A DNA stretch of 64,000 nt from Hydrolagus affinis (taxonomy: Eukaryota). Below, one piece after another: positions 11,921 through 23,437 of the stretch. The DNA lies in assembly GCA_012026655.1 (NCBI GenBank), contig JAAILG010001559.1, positions 1 through 64,000 of the forward strand, read 5' to 3'. Numbering within the stretch: position 1 is the first letter of the stretch; every line of letters begins with the position of its first letter. The translations under genes and the position numbers were made by a program. The notes under the pieces are model-generated. The model was not told the origin of the DNA. It was given only the letters and a program-made list of their open reading frames with translations, and did not search any database.

Positions 11921-12096
11921 CACATAAATACACACACATACACACGTGCGCGCGCGGACAGGCAGACAGGTAAGGCTGTATATCAGATGGAAGGATTATC
12001 ATTAGTATGGTACTGTATGGCTATTCCCCCCATGTGTGAGATGTGATGGGGATGCCATTGAATGCTCAGTTGGGTTTGGAGTCACTGTGATGGGTT

Positions 12097-12211
12097 TGCG
12101 CATGCGCCAGTGGCCAGCGTGAGGTGTGTGTGCTCTGCGCATGCGCGCCAGGGCGCCCTATAAAAGGGGCAGAAGGGGGCGGGGCTTTACAGCCGGCTCC
12201 AAGATGGCGGC
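12097..12211 (+). promoter_or_regulatory. PARK7 core promoter: two NRF1 sites, TATA box, GC box, YY1/TISU element at the ATG
   Basis: TGCGCATGCGC at 12097 and 12136; TATAAAAG 12159-12166; GGGGCGGGG about 12176-12184; CAAGATGGCGGC 12200-12211; CpG-rich context. Confidence 0.8.
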
Positions 12212-12299
12212 GGCGACCAAACGTGCGCTGGTGGTTTTGGCCAAAGGCGCCGAGGAGATGGAGACGGTGATACCCACCGACCTCATGCGCAGGGCCGGG
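12204..12299 (+). CDS. PARK7: PARK7/DJ-1 coding exon 1 ([32 protein letters not shown])
   Basis: Matches the DJ-1 N-terminus; phase-0 donor GTGAGG at 12300. Full CDS join(12204-12299,14073-14174,14327-14386,15681-15750,16434-16520,17503-17657) is 570 nt, giving 189 aa plus stop. Confidence 0.97.
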
Positions 12300-14072
12300 G
12301 TGAGGCGCCGTGCACCCGCGGGACACACACACACACACACAGACACAGGACTCGCCGCGGCCTTCAGAGAGGCCATGACAGCTGCGAGCGGATCCCGCGG
12401 GGTGAGGGTGGGAGGGGGGGGGGCGGGGTTTGACAGAGAGCGGGAAGGTGTGTGGTGTGATTGACAACGCGATCGTCCAATCAGCGTCCAGACCGGTTGT
12501 GGGACCCGGCGCTGGGCAGCCAATGAGGAGGGGGAGGGGGGGTGGAGGTTGGAGCTGGTGTGGGCGGGGCAGGATCCCCCCAGAGACTGACCTGGAGTGT
12601 GACCTTTCAGATTTAGGCACAAAGTTAAATAATAATAATAATAATAATAATAATCCTTGCATCTGCTTTAGCGCCTCGTCACGTCTTTGGGAAGCCTCAA
12701 AGCCCTTCACCGGGTAGACTGCAAAGTGAACTGACCTGGGTTCGTTGTTAGATTTTTAATCCGGTTCAAAGATCGCGGAAAACACGCGGTTGTGAATTGA
12801 GCCTGAACTTCAGTATGTTCTGCGTCTCTCTCTCCACGCTATCGTTCGTTCTTTCCAGAGACCCAAATTGGCCTGTCGTGAATTCTTAAAAATGTCCTCC
12901 CAATGTGAAAGGCGTTTTTTTTTTACAAATGTAATTTGTTGCCGATGAGACAAATTTACAGAGAGAGAGAGAGAGAGACTGGGACCCCTCTATTTACTGT
13001 ATTCAGCCTTTCACTTTGCCAGCTTGGAATAATACTTTCCCCCTGTGTTTAGTGTGTCATTCGCGAGTATCTCAAACTTTGTGTCACACCGAGAGTAGAG
13101 GTTTTTGCTTCGTAGAGTTATGCAACACGGAAGGAGGTCATTCGGCCCATCGTGTCTGTGCTGGCTCTTTGAAATGAGCTATTCAAAGTCAATCCTACTC
13201 CCTCTCTCTCCCACTCTCTCCCCATAACCCTGCAAACCTGTCCTCCCCAAATAACTTATCTGTTGAGGAGAAAAGCTGGGGATGTTTAACATCTGAAATA
13301 AAATCGCCAAACTGTTTGAAGGAAGGTTAGCTGATTCAGAATCTGTTTCCACGGCAGACGTGATGATTTGAATCGGTCAAAGTTTATTGAGGGAGTTAAA
13401 AAAAACTTGTGCAGTAGGTATTAGTTACTGAACATTGGCTGCTCGCCACGCAATACACTTAAAGCAGCTTGTGGTGCTTGTAATATCCACTACATTTAAA
13501 CAAGTTCCCTCCCTCCTCACTCTGTACAGAGTCTCCACTGTTACCCCCTTTTTTTTGATTACACAGTGCACTGACCAAACAACTGAAAAGCGTGGAAGAA
13601 TGATGATAATTGTATTTAGAAGTGCTTCGTTGTATTGACTGAATACAAGTGTGTAACTGTACAGTATTTAGATGTCCAGAGGATCGGTGTGAGTGATGCC
13701 ATTATTTCATGGCAGCGAACGATCTGTCGTCATGTCCGGTGCAACATCTTCCGCAAGGAGTTGAGGCGAAGTACATCTCTGTACATCTCTAAAACAGTTT
13801 GTCTTAGCCTCTTGGTAGCCTCATATTACTATTTTGTAACAGGGCACACTGTACAGTATTAATCAGTTAAGAGAATGTGCCTCTGACCCATCCCAGGTCT
13901 GAAAGAATAACCTGAAGTTATTCAGTGCTTTTGGCGGACAGCCATTGTGTCAATCTGCCCAGTCATTCTCTGGCAATGTGTGCCGAAGCTTCCAGGTGGC
14001 GATGCTGCTGTGAGCGCGTCTGGTACTTGTCCGTGGAACACGTTCACATTCCCGTCCTTTCCCGTTTTCCAG

Positions 14073-14419
<347 letters not shown>

Positions 14420-14837
14420 TGAAAACAGTTAGAGCCATTAGAAGTACTTAATTGTATTGATTGAATGCAAGTGTATAACTGTACACCTCCCTTCTGAATG
14501 TGACCCTCTTTGGACGTGTTGCAACGTAGAAAGCAGTTTGAATCCTAAAACATTCCAGCTCAGAGGATGTCCATCCAGCCCCCTCGCGTTTGTTGGCCAT
14601 TTCTGCCTTCCTTTCCCATCTCCTTGCTCTTTTTTTCTTTTTCTCTATTTCCATCTTAATTAATTCCTGTCTACGTGATTCTGTGCTTTGCAGTGATGCA
14701 ATTCCACATTCCGATGACCCTTCTGTTAGCAATACAATTCTTCGAAGCTTCACCCTCTAGATGATTCTGGAAATAATCTGGATAGATGCTGCCTTGTTGC
14801 TGATTGACCCACTTACTGAAATAAATGTTTGACAAGG

Positions 14838-15115
14838 TGCCTTACTCCACACGCCTCTGTTTACCTAGCAGTAAATAGGTTGATAGTCGATGGCGGATCG
14901 CATTTCCGGAAATAATAATCCCCAAAAAAAACCGCAGTAATAAATTGCCACTCTATCCCATGACTGTTTGTGGGGACGCTGCTGTGCGCAATGGGCTGCT
15001 GCGTTTTGCCCACAAATATACAGTCAATTCACTTTGTAGTACATTCTGTGATGTGCTCTGAGACGTCTAGAAGATGTGAAAAGCGCTACATTAAATGTAA
15101 GGATTATTATTATTA
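14838..15115 (+). mobile_element. SINE, long-body variant, in PARK7 intron 3
   Basis: CCTTACTCCACACGCCTCTGTTTACCTAGCAGTAAATAGG body followed by Deu part and tail. Confidence 0.85.
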
Positions 15116-15350
15116 CAATCTATTGCTGTTAACCACTCGCATCTTTTCATAGCTTTGATCGTAGTTACTCATACTCCAGTGAATACAGTCCCCAGATCTT
15201 GGAAGTTTTTCATAGTAACGAAAGTAATAATGATCATCATTGCATTTGATTCAGCACGTTATCAGGTCGTTGAGATGTCTCAAAGCGCTTCACAGAATAT
15301 AGTGTAAATAATTAACCAGTAAATCCAAGTACCCTGTCATTTGTGGGGTT

Positions 15351-15369
15351 CTGGCGCCATCTAGTGGTC
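15351..15369 (-). promoter_or_regulatory. CTCF-like motif in PARK7 intron 3
   Basis: Minus strand reads GACCACTAGATGGCGCCAG, a close match to the CTCF core consensus. Confidence 0.55.
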
Positions 15370-15680
15370 GATTGTGGGAAATAAACTTGTGCAGTGCAGT
15401 GATGGGACAGGATTTGCCCTTCCCCGTGGGTTGCAGTCACTAGGGTAGGGGGAGTGCGGCAGAGGCTTGACGCAGAGTTCCTTGTGATGACGCCTGTTCC
15501 TAACATCTAGTTCATCGTATTCTGTGAAACATCTCGAAAAGTTTATTTCACGTAACCAGTGTTCATTGAGTAAGTTGTAACTCACATCTGTATTACCAAA
15601 TTGGAAACCGCAAGGATTGCCATGAAATGTGCACGTAATAAGATGATGATCATGATGGAGATTTCCTTTCTGTTTCTTAG

Positions 15681-15750
15681 TCTCCCGTTGTGAAGGAATT
15701 GCTGAAAAGCCAGGACAGCAAAAAGGGTCTGATTGCCGCTATCTGTGCAG
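15681..15750 (+). CDS. PARK7: PARK7 coding exon 4 (SPVVKELLKSQDSKKGLIAAICA-G), contains the Cys106-equivalent
   Basis: tttcttAG acceptor, 70 nt, GTACGC donor, AAICAG nucleophile-elbow motif. Confidence 0.96.
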
Positions 15751-16433
15751 GTACGCTGCGGAAACCTTTGACTTTGAGCACAAGCTTTTAACCTGAATTA
15801 TTGCTGATGCTTTATTACAATACAGTCTTATGATTTTGAACGTGTTTCCGACGTCAGCATGTTCTGCTCTACGTCCTATCTTGTTCCGTGGCGTCAAGGT
15901 GTTTAGGAACATCTGCATTGCCATCTACCGAATGCTAGGGTGTAATTGTGTGAGAATATGCAATGGAGGAAACCCCACAATAGCCTGAGTGGCACTTGCA
16001 TGCATATCTGCTGGTTTTATTCTCGACACACACTTGCTCTGTTTCCTGAATAAAATACCTTCTGCTTTCCATCTTTGAAAAGTTAACTGGTTATAAAATG
16101 TAGTCTTTTTTTTTTTCACACACTCCTTCGAGAGTGTGAACTAAGTAAGTGAGGCAGTGAGCTAGCGTTGCATGTACGTGGTCACTGAGGCATTCGGCCT
16201 GACCTTGGCTGTGCTGGCCACTAACTCAGGCTGCTGTTTGTGAAACCACCCTACGCAGCAAGGACAGCTGTGGGAGGTGATAGAAAGTGTGTGAGTGTCT
16301 GGTGCATGGACTGAACAATATCCGTTTGTCCACCTGCCCTGAAGCCTTCACTTTGTGTTTCAGTTTTTACATGTTTAGAGCAGTGTAGTTGGGATCCTCT
16401 GGAAATTATTTGTCTCTTCTGGTTTATTGGCAG

Positions 16434-16520
16434 GTCCCACGGCATTGCTGGCTCACGGGATAGGCTACGGGTGTAAAGTTACATCCCACCCCCTGGTGAA
16501 AGAAAAAATGATGAATGGAG
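16434..16520 (+). CDS. PARK7: PARK7 coding exon 5 ([29 protein letters not shown])
   Basis: ggcAG acceptor, 87 nt, GTAAGG donor, His126-equivalent in TSHP. Confidence 0.96.
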
Positions 16521-17502
16521 GTAAGGGTCAGGGTATGGAGTCTGCAGTCTCTGAGTTTACTGCTGTTGATTTCTGCTGTGTTTCTGGGTTGGGGGAGCGC
16601 CAGTGGCAAGATTTACTGAAGTGGGATCAGTGTTGCACTTTGTGGAAGCCTTATAGCATTGTGTTTGGTGAATACAATTTTCTACGTGTGGATAATGATT
16701 GCTAGTTCATTATGATGATGATAATAATCCTTGTACTTAATAAAGCGCCTTATCATGTCGTTCAATTGATTCAAAGCCCTACACAGAATATACTGCAAAC
16801 TGAATTGACTGCATATTTTGTGGGCGAAACAATTTGAAATCTTTCCCATCACCACACCCTGAGGATGAGGCAGCCTACACTATTGGTGTGGGTAGTCTGT
16901 GATGAAGATACTGGGCTGGTGCTTGTGCGAGCTGCAGTCACAACCATTGGCCTGAAGGGACCTGGCAACAAATGTTTAGTGTAAATCTGTGTACAAATCT
17001 GTCACGTGGTTTTTGTTATCAAATTAATTTCACATCAGCTCCACTAGGCGCTGTGTAAATGTCACAGAGCTTGAGGTTTAACAAAGCTGCATCCATTCCA
17101 TCGAGCCGTGTTGAGTCTATTTTGCAACAAGCTGTGGACAGATTTGACTCCTGTTTGTTGCCTGGAATTCCACCTAGGCTTAGGAACCTAGGAACATTTT
17201 GAGTTCAATCTAACATTGTGCAGAATTGTGGACGATTCTGCAATTCAGTCTGAATTTGGAAGCTGGTTTTCCAGTTTGTGAAAATGAATCTGCTTCTAGA
17301 TCAAGACTATTTAAAGTATTTTCCCACACTTTTGTGTGAATTGGAGTAAACTTTAAATCCCGAACTGCTGTCGGAAGCAAAGACTTGGATAGAATTTTGA
17401 GTCAACTGAATATTGAATCAACTGAATGTTACCGTCGTGACCGAATTCCTAGATTTTCTTTTGTTCTCTGACAATGATTTCACCTCTTTCCCCCATTTCT
17501 AG

Positions 17503-17657
17503 CTCATTTCACCTACTCGGAAGCTCGAGTGCAGAAGGATAAGAACATCATCACCAGCCGAGGACCAGGGACCAGTTTTGATTTTGGCCTGGCAATCATT
17601 GAAGAACTGTTGGGGAAAGAGACGGCTGACAAAGTCAAGGAGCCACTGGTCTTCTAG
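17503..17657 (+). CDS. PARK7: PARK7 terminal coding exon ([51 protein letters not shown])
   Basis: tttctAG acceptor, frame continues from exon 5, TSRGPGTSF motif, TAG at 17655-17657. Confidence 0.96.
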
Positions 17658-17965
17658 AGCGGTCTGAAGAGAGGTCCCGAGGGAACGAGCACCCAGTGTG
17701 AATCTATTTATTAGCCTTTTTTTCCCGCTCCTTGATCTGTGAATCTTTAATGCGTGCTGAATTCAGGATGAGCATTAATAATCCTAAGCGGAATCTGTTG
17801 TTTTGATTTGACCCCACATCATTCAGAATCTGTCTCCGGTGGGGTGGAAATGCGGCTATAACTGACTGAAATCTTGCCAACCGTCTGTTGACTGTTGGAA
17901 CATGGTGTAATTAGTTTCCTATCTTGTCCCAGTAATTGTTGCTGTAGTAGTTTCTCTTTGCCCTC

Positions 17966-17971
17966 AATAAA
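17966..17971 (+). terminator. PARK7 polyadenylation signal
   Basis: AATAAA about 310 nt after the stop, followed by a GT/T-rich downstream element (gttatgtgtggtgtttcggtagttttttttt). Confidence 0.75.
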
Positions 17972-18073
17972 TCGTCGATAGTTATGTGTGGTGTTTCGGT
18001 AGTTTTTTTTTGTTTGTTTCATTCTTTCCTACCCTCTCCCGTACAATCAGTCCCCATTCTTGTTACCCGTTTA

Positions 18074-18155
18074 CTGCTTTACCAGCTCCAAAGCTCAGTT
18101 AAAAAAATGACAGCATCATCACATCCAGGGAGCAGCTTCGAGTTTGGCCTTGGTT
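18074..18155 (+). pseudogene. Decayed tandem copy of the PARK7 terminal exon
   Basis: ttt acc agc tcc aaa gct c-a gtt -aa aaa aat gac agc atc atc aca t..cca ggg agc agc ttc gag ttt ggc ctt aligns to exon 6 ([28 protein letters not shown]) with frameshifts and a roughly 9-nt deletion. Confidence 0.7.
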
Positions 18156-18539
18156 TTGCCGATAGGTTTTACCTGTTTGTGGTGGGGGGGGGGGGGGGTT
18201 GGGGACGCTGCTGTGCACAATTGGCTGCCGCGTTTCGCCCACAAATAAACAGTCGATTCGCTTTAGCAGGATACATTCTGCGTATGTATTCCGTGAAGCG
18301 CTCTGAGACGTCTAGAAGACGCGGAAGGCGCTCTATCGAAGGATTGTTATTAGCGTCGTCTCTTGGCAGCACTTTCGAGATGCGATGAGGAGCTTATCCC
18401 TAACGCAAGTTAGTTCTGATTCCTTTGATAGTCGGTGGATTAGCCTCTCTGAGGAGGATGGTGGTGGGTGGGGTGGGGGGGGAGAACAGCCCTCCCTGTG
18501 CAGCTACCATGATGGACAAGTCCAGAACCTCCCTCCAAC

Positions 18540-19008
18540 CGCCCCCATCCTCTACCGTGCAATCGAACTTAGGCGGCTTAGATGGACAGCTCGCTGGATT
18601 GAATCCAGCCAATAGCGGAATCCGCTCTGTCGCCGACGGACCAATTGAATGGAAGGAGGTGGACTGGGAGAGGCGGGACCTGCTTGTGGCTAGCAGGTTA
18701 GGATGCGAGCCGGGGCACGGGTGAGGCGGCAGTGGTGGTGGGAGGGGTTGGGAAAGCTGCGCACGCGCGAGTGTGCCGGAGAGAGAGGCGCCAAACACAA
18801 GAGGCGACGGTTGGTGGCGGACAGCGCGCGCTGAGGAGGTGGGTGACGGTGAGCGAGCGAGCGAGCGTGAGAGAGAAAGAGAAAGAGATCGAGTCTCACC
18901 GCCTCAAAGAGCAGCCCCCTGACCTTAATCTACCCCCCCCCACCCCCCGACCCTCTCCTTCCCTCAGAGGCAACGACGAGGGTGCAAATGTGGCGAGAAT
19001 CGGTGGGT
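18540..19008 (+). promoter_or_regulatory. CpG-rich promoter and probable non-coding first exon, most likely of KCNAB2
   Basis: High CpG density, CCAAT boxes near 18609 and 18641, GA-rich leader, candidate donor CG|GTGGGT at 19002/19003. The next plus-strand coding exon is KCNAB2; the assignment is inferred. Confidence 0.55.
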
Positions 19009-19187
19009 GGGGTGGGGGTCTGTCAACAGGCGGCAAGTGCGCCGGGAATATGGCAGCTTTAAAAGGGCTGGCTGGCTGGCTGGCTGGCGATGATTTTAAA
19101 CAGTCGCCAGCCTCTGCGGTTTGTGTTTATCCCAATCCTAGCATTTGATCCTTGTTCATTCGTCTCCTAAAAAAAATCCAGGAGATT

Positions 19188-19450
19188 CTTAATAATAATC
19201 CTGGCATTTACAGAGTGCACTGTGAAGGGAGTTGACTAAACACTTGTGGGAGAAACGCAGCAGCCAAATGCACACAAAGTCATGGATTGAAATGACCCAA
19301 TTTTGTGGTGGGGGTGTGTGTTTTTTTTCTTTCTTTCGAGGGATTATCAGGCGCGCCGGAGCGGAGTAAGGAAACTTGCCCGAGGTTTCGTTCGCCCTGT
19401 TGGGAATCGAACCCAGGTCTCTCTCTCTCTCTCTCGCTCTCTCTCCCGCT
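19188..19450 (-). mobile_element. SINE with a (CT)n expansion in the head
   Basis: Reverse complement of family tail, body and B box. Confidence 0.8.
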
Positions 19451-20169
19451 CGCAAGTTTGGCAAGGACCGGTAACCGGGGTACGAAGTTTGGTGAGGGTG
19501 AGAATGCGGACGGCCGTGTTCACCGTGTCGCGGACTCCGTGGTCCGAGTTGCTACCCTGCGTGGAAGGGGGCGCTGTACATAAGTGCAAATTGTTGTGTC
19601 TTGACGGGATTAAGTAAATAATTTAATCAAGTAAATAATTTCCTGTGCTCAAGGCCGGGTATTATTTTTGCTTCTGTTGACATGGAGTTGAATATTTTAA
19701 CGGGTTCATTTTTTTGGGGGTTAATTTTTCGATTGGGTGTCTCTGAAATTTGACGGCTTTTGTTGGCAGGGTCTAAAATTTGAGCGAAGAAAGAATTGTC
19801 TGGATTACAACGTGATTAGCAAAAAAAAAATCTACAGAATATACCACTGGAGTCCTCCAACTCCTGTAACAAACAATGTAGTTCTGAATACTATTGGGAG
19901 ACACCTCACATGCTTCTTGTAAGCCAATGTGCTAGATTTGGGAAGCCTTATGCCTCTGCTGTTTCCAAATCAAAGTGATTGAAATGTATTGTGTGTGTGT
20001 GTGTGTGCGTTAGGGCTTGTGAGTTCGTATTTAGTTCCAGGTATTTGTGATCTTGAGGATTATTTGGGTGGGAGATTGTTGGTTTACTGATAGACCATTA
20101 AAGCTACACTGGGTTTGGTCTGTTGACTTGCGTGTAATACATTATTACAAGCTCTTCACAATGCAAACC

Positions 20170-20732
20170 GCAGGGCAAAATCTTGGGCAAGTTTCCTTGC
20201 CCCACACGCCTGATAATCCTCAAAAAAATAATAAATTGGTCATTTCAATGTGCGACTGTTTATGGGACACTGCTGTGCACAATTAGCTGCCGCGTTTCGT
20301 CCACAAATATACAGTCACTTCACTTTACTAAAGTAACAGTAAATTTGGGTGCATCATCACAATATACACCATGGTTTTTTAAGACCTGATGCAGTTAATC
20401 TTTAGTTTACACCTATGAAAAGCATAATAAGACCTGTAGTTTAGTGGTTAGAGCACTCACCTTACAAGCGAGTCACCTGAATTCAATTTCAGGCCAGGGT
20501 GAAACCTTCGGTAAGTTTCCTTACCCCAAACTCCAATAATAATCCCTCAAAACAATAATAAACTGTAATTTCAATCCACGGCTGTTTATGGCACGTTGCT
20601 GTGCGCAATTGGCTGCCCTGTTTTGCCCACATATATACAGTCAATTCACTTTACAGTATAATCTGTGTAGAGCTTTGAGACGTCTAAAAGAAGTGAAAAG
20701 TGCTATATTAAATGCATGGATTATTATTATTA
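20170..20732 (+). mobile_element. Two tandem SINE copies (partial about 20170-20330, full about 20430-20732)
   Basis: Family motifs present twice. Confidence 0.85.
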
Positions 20733-21550
20733 CAGCTCATATTCTAGAAATTTGCAGGAATCAAAACATTTTTCCATTTTCTTTCTTGTATCCCACATTC
20801 AGCATCTAGGGTTCAAACTGTAAAGTTATTTTAATTGCCCCAATAATCCAGACATGGTTGCAAATTAATTATGCAAATTAATTATAAAATTGATTATGAT
20901 TTTTTAAATTTAAAATTGAGCGTTTAAAAAATATATTTTAACAATAATCTTGGCTATTTTGTCCCCTCTGCGTAAAGCCAGAGCAATGAGAATACAATAA
21001 TAGTGCCAACCTCTGCCCAGACTAAAATCCACTTACACAGGAGAGAGGCGTTTTTGAGCTGCAATCTATGTCTTGTTAATTGCTAGATTGTGGTAGTGTC
21101 TTTACCCTCTACGCCATCGGGGGAGCCTGTCAGGGAGCTATTACTCTCATTGTATAAATAGAATATTTTTTTCCTTCTATTCCCGAGACAGAGATGACTC
21201 TTAAGTAACATTTTGTCAGTGTGTGCAGTCTAAGATCACAGTAAAATCAATGTGGACAGAGACACTGAACAAAAAGTTGGATGGTTGTGCGTTTACCATA
21301 GCAAGACTAATAGGAAAACTCTTCTCATAATATTTAGTCATTGTTTCCTATTAAATGTTATATTGAAAGTCTGGCAAGGTAAGTGAATTTCACTGAGTAT
21401 TCAGCCCGTTATCATACCAAATGAAAAGTGATAGGCAGGGATTCGTAAGTGAATTCTATTCAGTGGGTTTGGTTTTGACTTTGTCTCCACCAGCATGAAC
21501 TAATTGCACAGCTGAGTGGTGTAATGGAAATTGTTACGCGAAATACAGTA

Positions 21551-21860
21551 CGGTGAAACCTCAATAATCTGACATTCCGAAAGCTGTCAACTCGCTGAAA
21601 CCGGCAAGATTTCATAATATATACAGTATAATTTTTTTTTCTGATGTACAGCAAATCTCCTGAAGTTCACAACAGCTATTTGCAGTTCCCAGCGCGGCTG
21701 CTCTGGGTGGAGCTCAGGCATTTTTGGGCTTCAGTGCTGTGTTTGTGTGTATACGGCAGAGCTTCTCCAGCCATTTCTAGGTAGGTTTCTAAATACCAGC
21801 AAACTCTGAAACCCGGAAGATGAGTGGGCCCAACCGTGCCGGATTATCAAGGTTTTACTG
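21551..21860. mobile_element. Older Tigger-like MITE, 310 bp
   Basis: CGGTGAAACCTCAATAATCTGACA versus reverse complement CAGTAAAACCTTGATAATCCGGCA (18/24, all transitions); TA flanks. Confidence 0.7.
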
Positions 21861-23363
21861 TAATGGATATTATTGTATTGCTTGGAAATAGTTTTTGGAA
21901 GTAACACACCAATGCCTATACAAAGTACACAGTGTTAAGACACAGACTTTGGAACAAAAAATGGACAATTTTGCATTAAAAATCTTAGATGTTTTATATC
22001 TCAAATTTATTGGAACCGATTTATTTTTAAATTTTAATAAATTTAATGTTACATTACAAAATAATAATAATCCTTGCATTTGCTACAGCTAATAACTGAC
22101 CAGCAAAGTCTCGGCTCTATCACTCGATCAAAGTCTTTTAGAATCAATCATAGAATTCCCCAGCACAAAAGCAGGCCATTCAGCCCATCAAGTCTGTGCC
22201 GGCTCTTTGAAAAGAGCCATTCAAAGTCAACCCTATTCCCCGGTTCTCTCCCCATAACCCCTCAAATCCATCCTCCCCATTTCATCTGGTTCGGGTGAGG
22301 GTGTGAAAACAAATTGCACAATGTGTCAGCCTGCTGCTGTGTTGATGATGTTATAAATTCAGCAGTTTATGTTGCATCTTGTTGCTAAAGGAACTTGCAC
22401 CAACCACATCAGTGTGATTGAAAGGAAATGCTATACAGTAACTACAGGATGACCTAAAAGTCATTTTTGTAGACAAATGCAGGGGAATTTCGCAGATAGC
22501 GAAAGCAAAGGTTGCAGAAATAGCCATGAGGCAATTGAATGATTAATATTGAGGGTTGAAGGTACGGGACATTGCGAGAAACTCCCTTCTCTTTTAACAT
22601 CATTTTGAAGTATGGCACCTCCGACAGTGCAATTGGGAATCGCACATTGTCAGGGGATCATGAATGTGAACCCAACTCGTGGCTCTTGCCAACCTGCTCC
22701 TAATAATTTCTGGAATTAGGAAAACAGGATGCGTTCCTCCATGGAGAGAGCGCATTCCATTCCAACAATCTATCTCTGGGATTTCCATGTGTAGGTTGGA
22801 TGCATGTTGGCGTTTTATTAAATGGCTGCTGCATTGCCAAGTTTCAGTGACTTAAAAAATGCAGCATCTTTCATGCTTTTGCTCAAGGGGGTGGATACAA
22901 AAATATCTACTGAGATTTTCTTTTGGCATCTTTATGAAATAAAACCCACTCGTACTCCAGATCCATTCAGCAGTTTATAAACCCATCACGTCCCTGCGAA
23001 ACAGATTTCTGTAAGTGTAAGTGTAGGCCTCATTTACTGTGCAGTGACTGATGAATTTTCATAGGAGGTTTTGTGTGTATTTTTGTTAGTCACATAGCTT
23101 AAAAAAAATCATCATGACTCTGTCACTGTAGTATGTTATCTGCTCCATTTTCAGGAGGTGGGTGGATTTCATTTCTGTGTAATGAAGGATTAGCATAAAA
23201 ACACTCACATCCCTGTGGCTGAATAATGAGGACCTCATAAATGTGGAAAAAAATCTTGGATTTCCACACCATGTTTTACCGGAAGCAGGTGAAATTTTTA
23301 TCGATTGGACCAGAATTAAAAAATGTTTTCTAAGCAGCTCTGTTGAAATTTTCTTTTCTTTAG

Positions 23364-23437
23364 ATTAAAAAACTACTGTCTGTGAGAAGAGGAAGGTGAT
23401 CACAGCGTTTCCACGATCCACAGTCTCACGCTGTACT
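23364..23437 (+). other. Candidate 5' UTR exon (KCNAB2)
   Basis: ttttcttttctttAG acceptor and GTAAGT donor, 74 nt; splice signals only. Confidence 0.35.

Noticed and set aside
12066-12710. 214-aa and 154-aa minus-strand ORFs over PARK7 exon 1
   Set aside because: Composed of SINE tail, microsatellite and CpG-island antisense sequence.
15483-15570. GTGATGA box-C-like motif in PARK7 intron 3
   Set aside because: No properly placed CTGA box D or terminal stem, so no snoRNA call.
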